Assembly: GCA_963753575.1 (NCBI GenBank)
Contig: CAVWCR010000005.1
Coordinates: forward strand, 397,547 to 461,546
Length of the DNA: 64,000 nt
DNA from: an uncultured Alphaproteobacteria bacterium
GTDB lineage: Bacteria > Pseudomonadota > Alphaproteobacteria > Rhizobiales > Xanthobacteraceae
Reading direction: 5' to 3'
The position numbers and the translations under genes were made by a program. Below the pieces are notes generated by a model, which was not told where the DNA came from, did not search any database, and saw only the letters and a list, made by a program, of their open reading frames with translations. Within the stretch, counting starts at the first letter, position 1. The number at the start of each line of letters is the position of its first letter. Below, piece by piece: positions 35,820 through 44,482 of this stretch.

Positions 35820-38800
35820 ATGTACAAGTTCATCGACTACGCCATCAGCCATGCGCGGCTAACCATCGCGACGCTTCTATTCCTGCTGGCGGCGGGTTTC
35901 GTCGCCTATGTGACGATCCCGAAGGAGGCGGAGCCGGACGTCAGGATTCCGATCATTTATGTGCAGCTTTCCGAGCGCGGCATCAGCCCGGAGGATTCCG
36001 AGCGGCTCCTGCTGCGTCCGGTCGAGACCCAGCTCAAGTCGGTCGGCAACGTCAAGGAGATGCGCTCGACTGCGTTCGAAGGCGGCGGTTTTGTGCTGCT
36101 CGAATTCGAAGCGGGTTTCGATTCCAAGGCCGCGCTCGCCGACGTGCGTGCCAAGGTCGATATCGCCAAGCATGACCTGCCGCGCGACGTTGACGAGCCG
36201 CAGGTGTTGGAGGTCAACCTCTCGACCTACCCGGTGCTGGTCGTCGGGCTGTCGGGCGACGTGCCCGAGCGCACGCTCTTGCGCATGGCGCGGGCTGCCA
36301 AGAATGCGATCGAGCAGGCGCCCGGCGTCCTTTCGGCGGAGTTGCGCGGCGCCCGTGACGAGGCGGTCGAGATCATCATCGAGCCGATGCTGATGAAGAG
36401 CTACGGCATCGGGCTCGATCAGCTCGGCCAACTCACCCAGGCCTTCAACACGTTGATCGCCGCTGGCGCGCTCGAAGGTCAGAGCGGGCGCTTCGCCGTC
36501 AAGGTGCCCTCCCTGTTCGAGAAGCCGCAGGACATCACCAAGGTGCCGGTGATCGCTTCGGCGAGCGCGGCCGTGACGTTGCTCGACATCGCGCAGATCA
36601 AGCCGACCTTCAAGGACGCGACCTCGATCACCCGCGTCAATGGCCGGCCGGCCATGACCGTCGAGGTGTCGAAGCGCACCGGCGCCAACCTGATCGAGAC
36701 GGTCGATGCGGTGAAATACGTCGTCAGCCAATTGCAGAAGCAATGGCCCGAGGCCGTCCGCGTCACCTTCACGCAGGACAAGTCGAAGGTGATCCGGCAG
36801 ATGCTCTCCGACCTGCAGAACTCGGTCGTTACCGGCGTGCTGCTGGTTGCCGTCATCATCCTGTTCGCGCTCGGCTTCCGCGCCTCGCTGTTCATCGGCA
36901 TTGCGATCCCGGCGTCGTTTCTGGCCGGCGTGCTGGGGCTGCAGCTTGCCGGGCTCACCGTCAATATCGTGGTGCTGTTCTCGCTCATCCTTGCGGTCGG
37001 CATGCTGGTCGACGACGCCATCATCGTGTCCGAGTTCGCCGAGCGGCGCATGGCGGAAGGCATGGCGCCGAAGGAGGCTTATGCGCTTGCCGCCAGGCGG
37101 ATGTCCGGCCCCGTGATCGCGGCGACCGCGACCCGCGTCGCGGCGTTCTCGCCGCTCCTGTTCTGGCCCGGTGTGGTCGGACAGTTCATGAAATATCTGC
37201 CGATCACGCTGATCGCCACGCTTTCTGCGTCGCTCGCGGTCGCGCTGTTCTTCACGCCGACGCTTGGCGCGCTGCTTGGCAGGGCATCACCGCGGGCCGA
37301 CGAGCCCGGTTCAGGACGAGTGTCATCAGGGCGTTTACGCGCGTCTTTCGACGCGCTATGCGCGCGCACTATAAGGTTGCGGCGCTGGCCGCTCGCTTGG
37401 CTCGCCAGCGCGGCAGTCCCGCACAACGATCGCGTCAGGGATGGCGGGCCCTATATGCGCACGGTCCGGCTGGCGCTGCGCCATCCGGGCGGGACGCTCG
37501 CGCTGGCGGCGTTTCTGCTCATTGCCGTGCAGATGGCCTACAGCAAGTTCGGGAGCGGCGTCGAATTCTTCCCGAGCGTGGAACCGGACTACGGCCAGGT
37601 CATCGTGCACGGCCGCGGCAATCTCTCGCTCGAGGAGAAGAACCGGGCGGTTGCCGAAGTGGAGAAGCGGGTGCTTACGTTCCCGGGCCTGAAGACAGTC
37701 TACGCGCGCGTTGGCGAGCAACCGCGCGGTTTGGGCGATCTCACCGAGGACACGATCGGTGTCATCCAGTTCGAGTTCGACGACTGGCGCACGCGTCGTC
37801 CTGGGCACGCCATCATGGATGAGATCCGCACACGCACCGCCGATATCCCCGGCATCCTGGTCGAGGTCACAGCGCCGCGCGCCGGTCCGCCGACCGGCAA
37901 GCCGATCCAGGTGCAGCTTGCCGCGCTCGATCCCGCCGTGCTGCCGGCGGCGGCAAAAAAGGTTGCCGCCATGCTGGCGCAGCGCAGCGACATCCGCGAC
38001 CTCGACGACGGACAGCCGCTGCCCGGCATCGACTGGAAGATCGAGGTCGACAACGCGCAGGCCGCCAAGTACGGCGCCGGCGTGAACACGGTCGGCAGCG
38101 CGATCCAGCTGGTCACCAATGGGCTCAAGGCGACCGAATATCGCCCGGTCGACAGCGACAAGTCGGTCGACATCCTGGTGCGCTTTCCGCCCGATCGACG
38201 CAGCCTCGACCAGATCGACGACCTGCGGGTGCAGACCCAGGTCGGCCATGTGCCGATCGGCAACTTCGTGCAGCGCGTTCCGGCCCAGCGCGTGGGCTAC
38301 ATCAACCGCGTCAACGCCAACCGGGTGATGACCGTGTCGGCCAATGTCGCCGAAGGCGTGCAGACCGCCAAGGTGCAGCAGGAGATCGCCAGCGATCTCG
38401 CCAAGGCCGATCTTGGGCCGGGCGTCACCTTCAGGCTCAAGGGTGAAGACGAGGAGCGCCAGAAGGCCGGCGCCTTCCTGATGAAGGCGTTCGGCACCGC
38501 GATCTTCTTGATATTTGCGATCCTGCTTGCGCAGTTCAACAAGCTCACCTCGGTGTTCGTGGTGCTCTCCGCGGTCGTGATGTCGACCTTCGGGGTGCTG
38601 CTCGGGCTCCTCATCATGGGCCAGGCGTTCGGCGTGGTGATGACCGGCATCGGGGTGATCGCCAATGCGGGCGTGATCGTGAACAACAACATCGTGCTGA
38701 TCGATACTTACGATCGGCTGCGCCGCGAGGGCGTGGCAGCCTACGACGCCATCATCCAGACCTGCCGCGAGCGTGCGCGGCCGGTGGTGCTCACCGCGGT

Positions 38801-39059
38801 CACCGCGATCCTCGGCGTGCTGCCGATCGCATTCGGGATCAACGTCGAGTTCCTCACCCGCGAGATCACGGTCGGCGCGCCCGCGACGCAATGGTGGATC
38901 AGCCTCTCGACCGCGATCGTGTTCGGGCTCGGCTTCGCGACCGTGCTCACGCTGATCGTCACGCCCGCAATCCTGATGACGATCGAGAACATGCGCGAAT
39001 GGCGCGTGCGCACCGGCGCACGGCTGCGCGCACGCTTCACTCGGGCGGCAAGGGCTTGA
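35820..39059 (+). CDS. Efflux RND transporter permease (AcrB/AcrD/AcrF superfamily)
   Basis: 1079 aa, 12-TM/2-porter-domain layout, conserved TM4 LAVGMLVDDAIIV. See finding on an anomalous stretch at 37281-37440. Confidence 0.9.
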   Translation: MYKFIDYAISHARLTIATLLFLLAAGFVAYVTIPKEAEPDVRIPIIYVQLSERGISPEDSERLLLRPVETQLKSVGNVKEMRSTAFEGGGFVLLEFEAGFDSKAALADVRAKVDIAKHDLPRDVDEPQVLEVNLSTYPVLVVGLSGDVPERTLLRMARAAKNAIEQAPGVLSAELRGARDEAVEIIIEPMLMKSYGIGLDQLGQLTQAFNTLIAAGALEGQSGRFAVKVPSLFEKPQDITKVPVIASASAAVTLLDIAQIKPTFKDATSITRVNGRPAMTVEVSKRTGANLIETVDAVKYVVSQLQKQWPEAVRVTFTQDKSKVIRQMLSDLQNSVVTGVLLVAVIILFALGFRASLFIGIAIPASFLAGVLGLQLAGLTVNIVVLFSLILAVGMLVDDAIIVSEFAERRMAEGMAPKEAYALAARRMSGPVIAATATRVAAFSPLLFWPGVVGQFMKYLPITLIATLSASLAVALFFTPTLGALLGRASPRADEPGSGRVSSGRLRASFDALCARTIRLRRWPLAWLASAAVPHNDRVRDGGPYMRTVRLALRHPGGTLALAAFLLIAVQMAYSKFGSGVEFFPSVEPDYGQVIVHGRGNLSLEEKNRAVAEVEKRVLTFPGLKTVYARVGEQPRGLGDLTEDTIGVIQFEFDDWRTRRPGHAIMDEIRTRTADIPGILVEVTAPRAGPPTGKPIQVQLAALDPAVLPAAAKKVAAMLAQRSDIRDLDDGQPLPGIDWKIEVDNAQAAKYGAGVNTVGSAIQLVTNGLKATEYRPVDSDKSVDILVRFPPDRRSLDQIDDLRVQTQVGHVPIGNFVQRVPAQRVGYINRVNANRVMTVSANVAEGVQTAKVQQEIASDLAKADLGPGVTFRLKGEDEERQKAGAFLMKAFGTAIFLIFAILLAQFNKLTSVFVVLSAVVMSTFGVLLGLLIMGQAFGVVMTGIGVIANAGVIVNNNIVLIDTYDRLRREGVAAYDAIIQTCRERARPVVLTAVTAILGVLPIAFGINVEFLTREITVGAPATQWWISLSTAIVFGLGFATVLTLIVTPAILMTIENMREWRVRTGARLRARFTRAARA

Positions 39060-39107
39060 TTGCAGACCTCAAACGGGCGCGTTAGGCACGGGATTGCAAC
39101 ATCCTCC

Positions 39108-39281
39108 GCGTCGTCCCCGCGCAGGCGGGGACCCATACTCACCGGTCTATCAAGTGTTCCGATAAGATAGTTGTACTTGCACAAAGGTGTGCTGTGTCGT
39201 CGGCTTGCCGTGTGGAAGCGTAGCGCTCCACCAATAACCACGGCCTGTGGTTATGGGTCCCCGCCTGCGCGGGAACGACGC
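39108..39281. mobile_element. MITE/REP-like element (30-bp termini GCGTCGTCCCCGCGCAGGCGGGGACCCATA)
   Basis: 39108-39137 is the reverse complement of 39252-39281 with 1 mismatch. Each arm holds hairpin GTCCCCGC-N4-GCGGGGAC. Same family as 19499-19694. Confidence 0.65.
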
Positions 39282-39324
39282 AGAATTTGTCTCGACCGTA
39301 CCGCCAAATCTCGCAAGCTTTGCT

Positions 39325-40296
39325 TTACTGCGGCTCGATGCCGGCGTCTTTGACCACCTTCGCCCATTTGGCGATCTCGGCTGGAATGAACGCCGCAAGC
39401 TCCTCGGGCGTTGAGGTGAGGGGGTCGATTGCGAGCCCCTGCAGCCGGTCGTTGACCTCGGGGCGCTTGAGATAAGCCGTGAGCGTGCTGTTGAGCCGCT
39501 CGATGATGGGCCGCGGGGTGCCGGCGCGCACCACGACCGAGAACCATCCGCGTGCGCCGAAGCCCGGCAGCGCTGCCTCCGCAATTGTCGGAATCTCGGG
39601 CATCGTGGGCGCGCGCGAAGGTGAGGGCACCGCATAGGCCTTGACCTTGCCGGCGCGGATTTGCGGCAGCGCGACCGCAAGGTCGACCATCATCATCTGG
39701 GTCTGGCCGGCGATCAGGCCGGTCAACGCCGGCCCGCTGCCGCGATAGGGCACGTGCTGCGCCTTGGCGTCGATCGCCTTGAGGAACATCTCCATGAACA
39801 GATGATGCGGCGTCGATGCGCCCGACGTGCCATAGCTGAGCTGACCGGAGCGCTGCTTGATCAGCGCGATCAGCTCGGGCAGCGACTTGGCGCCGAGCGA
39901 CGGATGGGCGACGAGCGCGAACTGCGCCGAGCCGACGAGGCCGACGGGCGCGAAATCCTTGATCGTGTCGTAGGGCAAATTCTTGTAGACGCTCGGCCCG
40001 ATGGCGAGCGTCGTCACCGGCGCGAGCAGGAGGGTGTAACCGTCGGGCGCCGAGCGCGCCACCGCCTGCGCGGCAATCTGGGTCCCGGCGCCGACCCGGT
40101 TCTCGACGATCACGGTCTGCTTGAGCTTGTCCTGCAGCTCCTGGGCGAGCAGGCGGGTGAGGATGTCGGTACCGCCGCCGGCCGGGAACGGGCAGACGAA
40201 TGTGATGGTCCGGGTCGGATAGTCTTGCGCGGCGAGCGGGGCGGCGACCAGACTCACAAGGAAGCCAAGCAGAAAAGATCGAACCATGTTCCTCAC
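39325..40296 (-). CDS. Bug-family (TctC-like) substrate-binding protein
   Basis: Signal peptide, DYPTRTITFVCPFPAGGGTD, VIVENRVGAGT, PDGYTLLL, C-terminal W.KVVKDAGIEPQ. Confidence 0.9.
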   Translation of the reverse strand: MRNMVRSFLLGFLVSLVAAPLAAQDYPTRTITFVCPFPAGGGTDILTRLLAQELQDKLKQTVIVENRVGAGTQIAAQAVARSAPDGYTLLLAPVTTLAIGPSVYKNLPYDTIKDFAPVGLVGSAQFALVAHPSLGAKSLPELIALIKQRSGQLSYGTSGASTPHHLFMEMFLKAIDAKAQHVPYRGSGPALTGLIAGQTQMMMVDLAVALPQIRAGKVKAYAVPSPSRAPTMPEIPTIAEAALPGFGARGWFSVVVRAGTPRPIIERLNSTLTAYLKRPEVNDRLQGLAIDPLTSTPEELAAFIPAEIAKWAKVVKDAGIEPQ

Positions 40297-40449
40297 CTCG
40301 CGCCCAGATTACGCATTGTTGTACCTGTCGGCGGCCTGATGCTAACGCGCCCCGCTTCGCGATGGCGAGGGCAATTGTTGTTACCACCTGAGCCAATTTG
40401 ACCCCCCGCAGGTCCTCGTTATCCTGCATAGCGATTCGTCGAGGGTGGG

Positions 40450-41160
40450 ATGGTGACGAAAACTAGCGGGCAAGGCAGGGCGAGCAAGCTGCGGAGCGCG
40501 CCGAAACGGGCGCGCGCTTTGCTGCGCCGTCTGGTCGAGCCGATCGAGCGCGTTGAGAAGCCTGCGCGCCCTAAACCGGCCGATGCCATTCGGCTGGCCG
40601 GGGAAGTCGCGCGGCTCGAGCTTGAGCTTGCGCAGGCGCGCGAGGAGGTGGCCGAACTTGCCGCGCGTGCGCAGATCGATCCATTGACCGACGTTCTTAA
40701 CCGGCGCGGCCTCGATCGTGAATTGAAGCGGTCGCTGGCGCATGTGAAGCGCTACGGCGCCAGCGTCGCTCTGGTCTATGTGGATCTCGACGACTTCAAA
40801 TCCATTAACGATCGTCACGGCCATGCCGCCGGCGACGCCGTGCTCAAGGCGGTGGCGATGGTGCTCGGCCGTCATATCCGGGAGTCCGACGTAGTGGCGC
40901 GGGTGGGCGGCGACGAGTTCGTCGTCCTTTTGTGGAACTGCAACGAGGCTGATGCGCAGGTGAAGGCTGAGGCGATCGAAGCTGCCATTACGCGCATGAC
41001 CGCGACCCACGCGGGGGCGGTCTTGCAGGTCGGTGCGTCCTGCGGGGTGGCACCGCTCTTGCCGCTCGACCGGCCTCAGGACCTCTTGGAGCGAGCCGAC
41101 CGCGCCATGTACGTCCGCAAGGCGGAGCGTCGCCGGGTGTTCCGGGTTGTCGGTGCCTGA
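40450..41160 (+). CDS. GGDEF-domain diguanylate cyclase with N-terminal coiled coil
   Basis: DPLTDVLNRRG, RVGGDEFVVLL active site, RESD located 5 residues upstream (I-site RxxD). No sensor domain evident. Confidence 0.88.
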   Translation: MVTKTSGQGRASKLRSAPKRARALLRRLVEPIERVEKPARPKPADAIRLAGEVARLELELAQAREEVAELAARAQIDPLTDVLNRRGLDRELKRSLAHVKRYGASVALVYVDLDDFKSINDRHGHAAGDAVLKAVAMVLGRHIRESDVVARVGGDEFVVLLWNCNEADAQVKAEAIEAAITRMTATHAGAVLQVGASCGVAPLLPLDRPQDLLERADRAMYVRKAERRRVFRVVGA

Positions 41161-41307
41161 CTGCGCTCGCGCGGTCGACATCGACATCGGCCCGATCGCG
41201 CCTGCCCAACGCCGATTTACCATTGCGGGCACAATGTGCCACATTCGCCGCTAGGCCCGCGTAGTCTGTCGGGCACGCAGTCGTGCCCCCGTCCTATGGA
41301 GGAATTC

Positions 41308-42276
41308 ATGTTGAAGCGTCTGGCCCTGATCGCGGCAGCGGCGTTGTTGCTGTCGCCTGCGGCCGCCCAGAACCCGGCCGAGTATCCGACCAAGCCGGTC
41401 AAGATCATCGTCACGGTCCCGGCCGGCGGCGGTGTCGACACGGTCACCCGCATCTTTGCGGAGCAATTGCATCAGCGGCTGGGCCAGCCATTCGTGCTGG
41501 AGAACCGTGGCGGCGCCGGCGGCAACGTCGCGGCCGAGACGGTCTATATCGCGCCTCCCGACGGCTATACGCTGATGGCCTCGCAGCCCGCGCCGATCAC
41601 CACCAACGTGGCGCTCTACAAGCGGCTCAACTTCGACCCGACCAAGTTCGAGCCGGTCGCGGTCATGACCAAGTTCCCGAACGTGCTTCTGGTGAAGAAG
41701 GACTTTCCGGCCAAGACCGCGCAGGAATTCCTCGCCTATGCGAAGGCCAATCCGGGCAAGATCAACTTCGCGTCACAGGGCGTCGGCACCACGTCGCACC
41801 TGACCGCCGAGCTGTTCATGGCGCTGACCGGGACGAAGATGACGCACGTGCCCTACCGCGGCACGGGCCCCGCGCTCAACGATATCGTTGCCGGCCATGT
41901 CGATATGATCTTCATGGAGCTGTCGTCTGCCTACAAGCTGCATGAAGCCGGCAAGGCGCGCATCCTTGCCGTCGCCACCGAAAAGCGGATCGACCTGCTC
42001 AAGGACATGCCGACCCTGATCGAAGTGGGCGTGCCCAATTTCACCTCGGACACCTGGAACGCCATCAGCGCGCCGCCGAAGACGCCCGCGCCGATCATCG
42101 CCAAGCTTAATCGCACGATGAACGACATCATCAATACGGACGCCATGAAAAAGCGCTTCGTTCAGCTCAATCTGGTCCCGGTGGGCGGCAGCCCGGAGGA
42201 TATGCGCAAGCTTGTGAACGACGACACCCGCCGCTGGGGTGAGGTGATCAAGAAGGCGGGCATCAAGCCGCAGTAA
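41308..42276 (+). CDS. Bug-family (TctC-like) substrate-binding protein
   Basis: MLKRLALIAAAALLLSPAAAQ signal, YPTKPVKIIVTVPAGGGVD, VLENRGGAGG, PDGYTLM, C-terminal W.EVIKKAGIKPQ. An ATG 12 nt upstream is an alternative start. Confidence 0.9.
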   Translation: MLKRLALIAAAALLLSPAAAQNPAEYPTKPVKIIVTVPAGGGVDTVTRIFAEQLHQRLGQPFVLENRGGAGGNVAAETVYIAPPDGYTLMASQPAPITTNVALYKRLNFDPTKFEPVAVMTKFPNVLLVKKDFPAKTAQEFLAYAKANPGKINFASQGVGTTSHLTAELFMALTGTKMTHVPYRGTGPALNDIVAGHVDMIFMELSSAYKLHEAGKARILAVATEKRIDLLKDMPTLIEVGVPNFTSDTWNAISAPPKTPAPIIAKLNRTMNDIINTDAMKKRFVQLNLVPVGGSPEDMRKLVNDDTRRWGEVIKKAGIKPQ

Positions 42277-42295
42277 GCTTTATGGCGGTCGCGGC

Positions 42296-42502
42296 TCACG
42301 CAATGATATCGGGCGTGAGCTGATCCTCGATGTGCGAAATGCGATCGCGCAAGAACAGCTTCCGCTTCTTCAGCCGCTGCACCTGCAGCAGATCGGAACC
42401 GGGCGCCGCCTCCAGCGCCGAGATGGCGGCGTCGAGGTCGCGGTGCTCCTGTTGCAGCCGCGCCAGTTGCTCCCGCAGCTCGCGTTCTTCCTCTTTCGTC
42501 AT
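42296..42502 (-). CDS. DUF465 (YdcH-like) small coiled-coil protein
   Basis: 68 aa. LQQEHRDLDAAI...LQVQRLKKRKLFLRDRISHIE is the DUF465 signature. Confidence 0.8.
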   Translation of the reverse strand: MTKEEERELREQLARLQQEHRDLDAAISALEAAPGSDLLQVQRLKKRKLFLRDRISHIEDQLTPDIIA

Positions 42503-42510
42503 CGTCGCCG

Positions 42511-42830
42511 CTAGTGCCGCCGATCTGAAGTTCCTACAACACTTGCGGCAAACTCGCCTAGGAACTTCAGATCGAAAAGCGGCACTAGAATCATAGAATT
42601 GCTAGTGCCCCTTTGCTTCCGAAGTTCGTTTCAGAAGGTGCCGCGACAACCTACGAACTTCGGAAACGGGGCACTAGTGCCGCCGATCTGAAGTTCCTAC
42701 AACACTTGCGGCAAACTCGGTTAGGAACTTCAGATTGAAAAGCGGCACTAGAATCATAGAATTGCTAGTGCCCCTTTGCTTCCGAAGTTCGTATCAGAGG
42801 GTGCCGCGGCGACTTACGGACTTCGGGCGC
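42511..42830. repeat. Tandem (2 x 163 bp) composite double-hairpin element with CTAGTGCC termini
   Basis: Module A 42511-42588 and 42674-42751 (3 mismatches). Module B 42602-42677 and 42765 to about 42830 (3' arm decayed). Conserved 13-nt spacer AATCATAGAATTG. Each module is CTAGTGCC(G/C)C ... G(C/G)GGCACTAG enclosing a 13-16-bp second stem. Confidence 0.88.
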
Positions 42831-43113
42831 GAGCCACCAATCGTGGACCTCGCGGCCCCCTCTGATACGAATTCCGGTATCAATAGTAGCACTCTGCGGT
42901 TTGGGTGTCCCGATTTTGAGATTCGATACACGGCGCGGCATGTGACTTTTGGCGAACTTGTTGAAAAATTAGGTCAGTTTTGCCTGATGCGTCCATGTTT
43001 CCCCCGATGGTAATGCAATCAGGGGATTGCTGCGGCGCACAACCGAAACGAGCGTCGACACGGATAGCTCTTGGTGTAGACTTTCAGGGTTCTGACCAAA
43101 GGAGACGTGCCAC

Positions 43114-43293
43114 ATGTCCATTCAAGCGCATCTTGCGGAACTCGAAAGGCGGCACCAGGCCCTCGAAGACGAGCTCAATGAAGCGCTCGCTCATCCGTCC
43201 ACGGATGACCTGCAGGTCGCCGAGCTCAAGCGTCGCAAGCTGCAAGTGAAGGACGAGATCGTCCGCCTGCGTCAGGACGCCAGTGTGCATTAG
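43114..43293 (+). CDS. DUF465 (YdcH-like) small protein, unannotated (59 aa)
   Basis: AAGGAGAC SD 43099-43106, ATG 43114, TAG 43291-43293. MSIQAHLAELERRHQALEDELNEALAHPSTDDLQVAELKRRKLQVKDEIVRLRQDASVH. Just under the ORF-track cutoff. Confidence 0.7.
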   Translation: MSIQAHLAELERRHQALEDELNEALAHPSTDDLQVAELKRRKLQVKDEIVRLRQDASVH

Positions 43294-43422
43294 GCGTGCC
43301 TGATTGATGTTAGGCTGCCAAGGCCTTGCATTCGGGCCCCACCACGTGGCGGCTGGGAGTGCGAGGGAAGCCAGTTCATAAACTTTGAAACCGGCTTGAA
43401 CGGGCAGCCGAGGGGATCATGC

Positions 43423-44391
43423 ATGCGTAAAATCATCGTTGCCGTAGCGGCCGTGCTGGGCGCGCTCGTTGCCGGACCGGCGTTCGCCCAATCCTATCCG
43501 ACCCGCCCGATCACGTTGGTGGTGCCATTCCCACCGGGCGGAGGCGTCGATTCCCTGGCGCGCATCGTCGCTGAAAAGTTCACCATCGCGCTCAAGCAAA
43601 CTGTCGTGGTCGAGAACCGCACTGGCGCCGGTGGCACCGTCGGCACCCGCGCGGTCGCCAAGGCTGAGCCCGATGGCTACACGCTCATGCTGGCGCATAC
43701 CGGCACGATCGCGATCAACCCGAGCCTCTATGCCAATGCGGGCTACGACCCGCGCAAGGATTTTGCGCCGATCGGCCTCATCGGCTCGATGCCGGTCGCG
43801 CTGATCGCGCATCCGTCGTTCCCCGCCAAGACGGTGGCCGACGTAATCGCGATTGTGAAGAGCCAGCCCGGCAAGATCAATTTCGGCACATCGGCGGTCG
43901 GCACCGGCGGCAACCTGACCGCCGAGTATTTCAAGGCGGCGGCCGGCGTCGACATGGTCATCATTCCCTACCGTGGCACGGCGCCGCTGATGAACGACCT
44001 CCTCGGCGGGCATGTGCCGGTGTCGTTCGGCGTGCTGCCGCCTGCCATCGGCAACATCCAGGCCGGCAAGCTGCGCGCCATCGCGGTGACCGGGACGAAG
44101 CGCTTCAGCCTGTTGCCGGAAGTTCCGACAGCGGCGGAATCGGGCCTGCCCGGCTTCGACGCGGTGCTGCACTATGGCCTGATCGCGCCAGCCGGGACGC
44201 CGCGTCCGATCATCGCGCGTTTGAACAAGGAGCTGGTCGCGCTGGTTGACAACGACGAGGTCAAGAAGCGCATTCAGGCCGAGGGCGGCGACGCGTTGAC
44301 GTCGACGCCTCAGGAGTATGCCAAGGATATCGACCAGGAAGAAAAGAAGTGGTCGACGCTGATCAAGAAGCTCAACCTGAAGGTCAAGTGA
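43423..44391 (+). CDS. Bug-family (TctC-like) substrate-binding protein
   Basis: MRKIIVAVAAVLGALVAGPAFAQ signal, YPTRPITLVVPFPPGGGVD, VVENRTGAGG, PDGYTLML. Confidence 0.9.
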   Translation: MRKIIVAVAAVLGALVAGPAFAQSYPTRPITLVVPFPPGGGVDSLARIVAEKFTIALKQTVVVENRTGAGGTVGTRAVAKAEPDGYTLMLAHTGTIAINPSLYANAGYDPRKDFAPIGLIGSMPVALIAHPSFPAKTVADVIAIVKSQPGKINFGTSAVGTGGNLTAEYFKAAAGVDMVIIPYRGTAPLMNDLLGGHVPVSFGVLPPAIGNIQAGKLRAIAVTGTKRFSLLPEVPTAAESGLPGFDAVLHYGLIAPAGTPRPIIARLNKELVALVDNDEVKKRIQAEGGDALTSTPQEYAKDIDQEEKKWSTLIKKLNLKVK

Positions 44392-44395
44392 GCCC

Positions 44396-44473
44396 GAATA
44401 GCGAATAGCGAATAGCGAATGTGCCCCGGCGGCATCTCTCCTGCTATTCGCTACTCGCCATTCCCTATTCGCC
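44396..44473. repeat. Heptamer tandem repeat (GAATAGC x3.5) pairing with downstream GCTATTCGC: long imperfect hairpin between convergent genes
   Basis: CGAATAGCGAATAGCGAATAGCGAAT at 44395-44420, complementary GCTATTCGCTACTCGCCATTCCCTATTCGCC at 44443-44473. Possible bidirectional terminator, no clear U-tract. Confidence 0.4.
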
Positions 44474-44482
44474 CTCCTTATT

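Noticed and set aside
39150-40429. Overlapping 176-aa and 392-aa minus-strand ORFs around the Bug gene at 39325-40296
   Set aside because: They are alternative frames of the same region with Arg/Pro/Ala-rich junk translations. The Bug-family frame has the signal peptide and all family motifs.
42511-42830. Possible CRISPR array (regular repeats with intervening sequence)
   Set aside because: There are only two units. The intervening sequences are themselves conserved between units, so they are not unique spacers. The repeats are long hairpins of 76-78 nt, and no cas genes are present in the window.
42735-43013. 92-aa ORF in the DUF465 intergenic region
   Set aside because: It starts inside the repeat modules, has poor third-position GC bias and no SD, and its translation merely reflects the repeat sequence.
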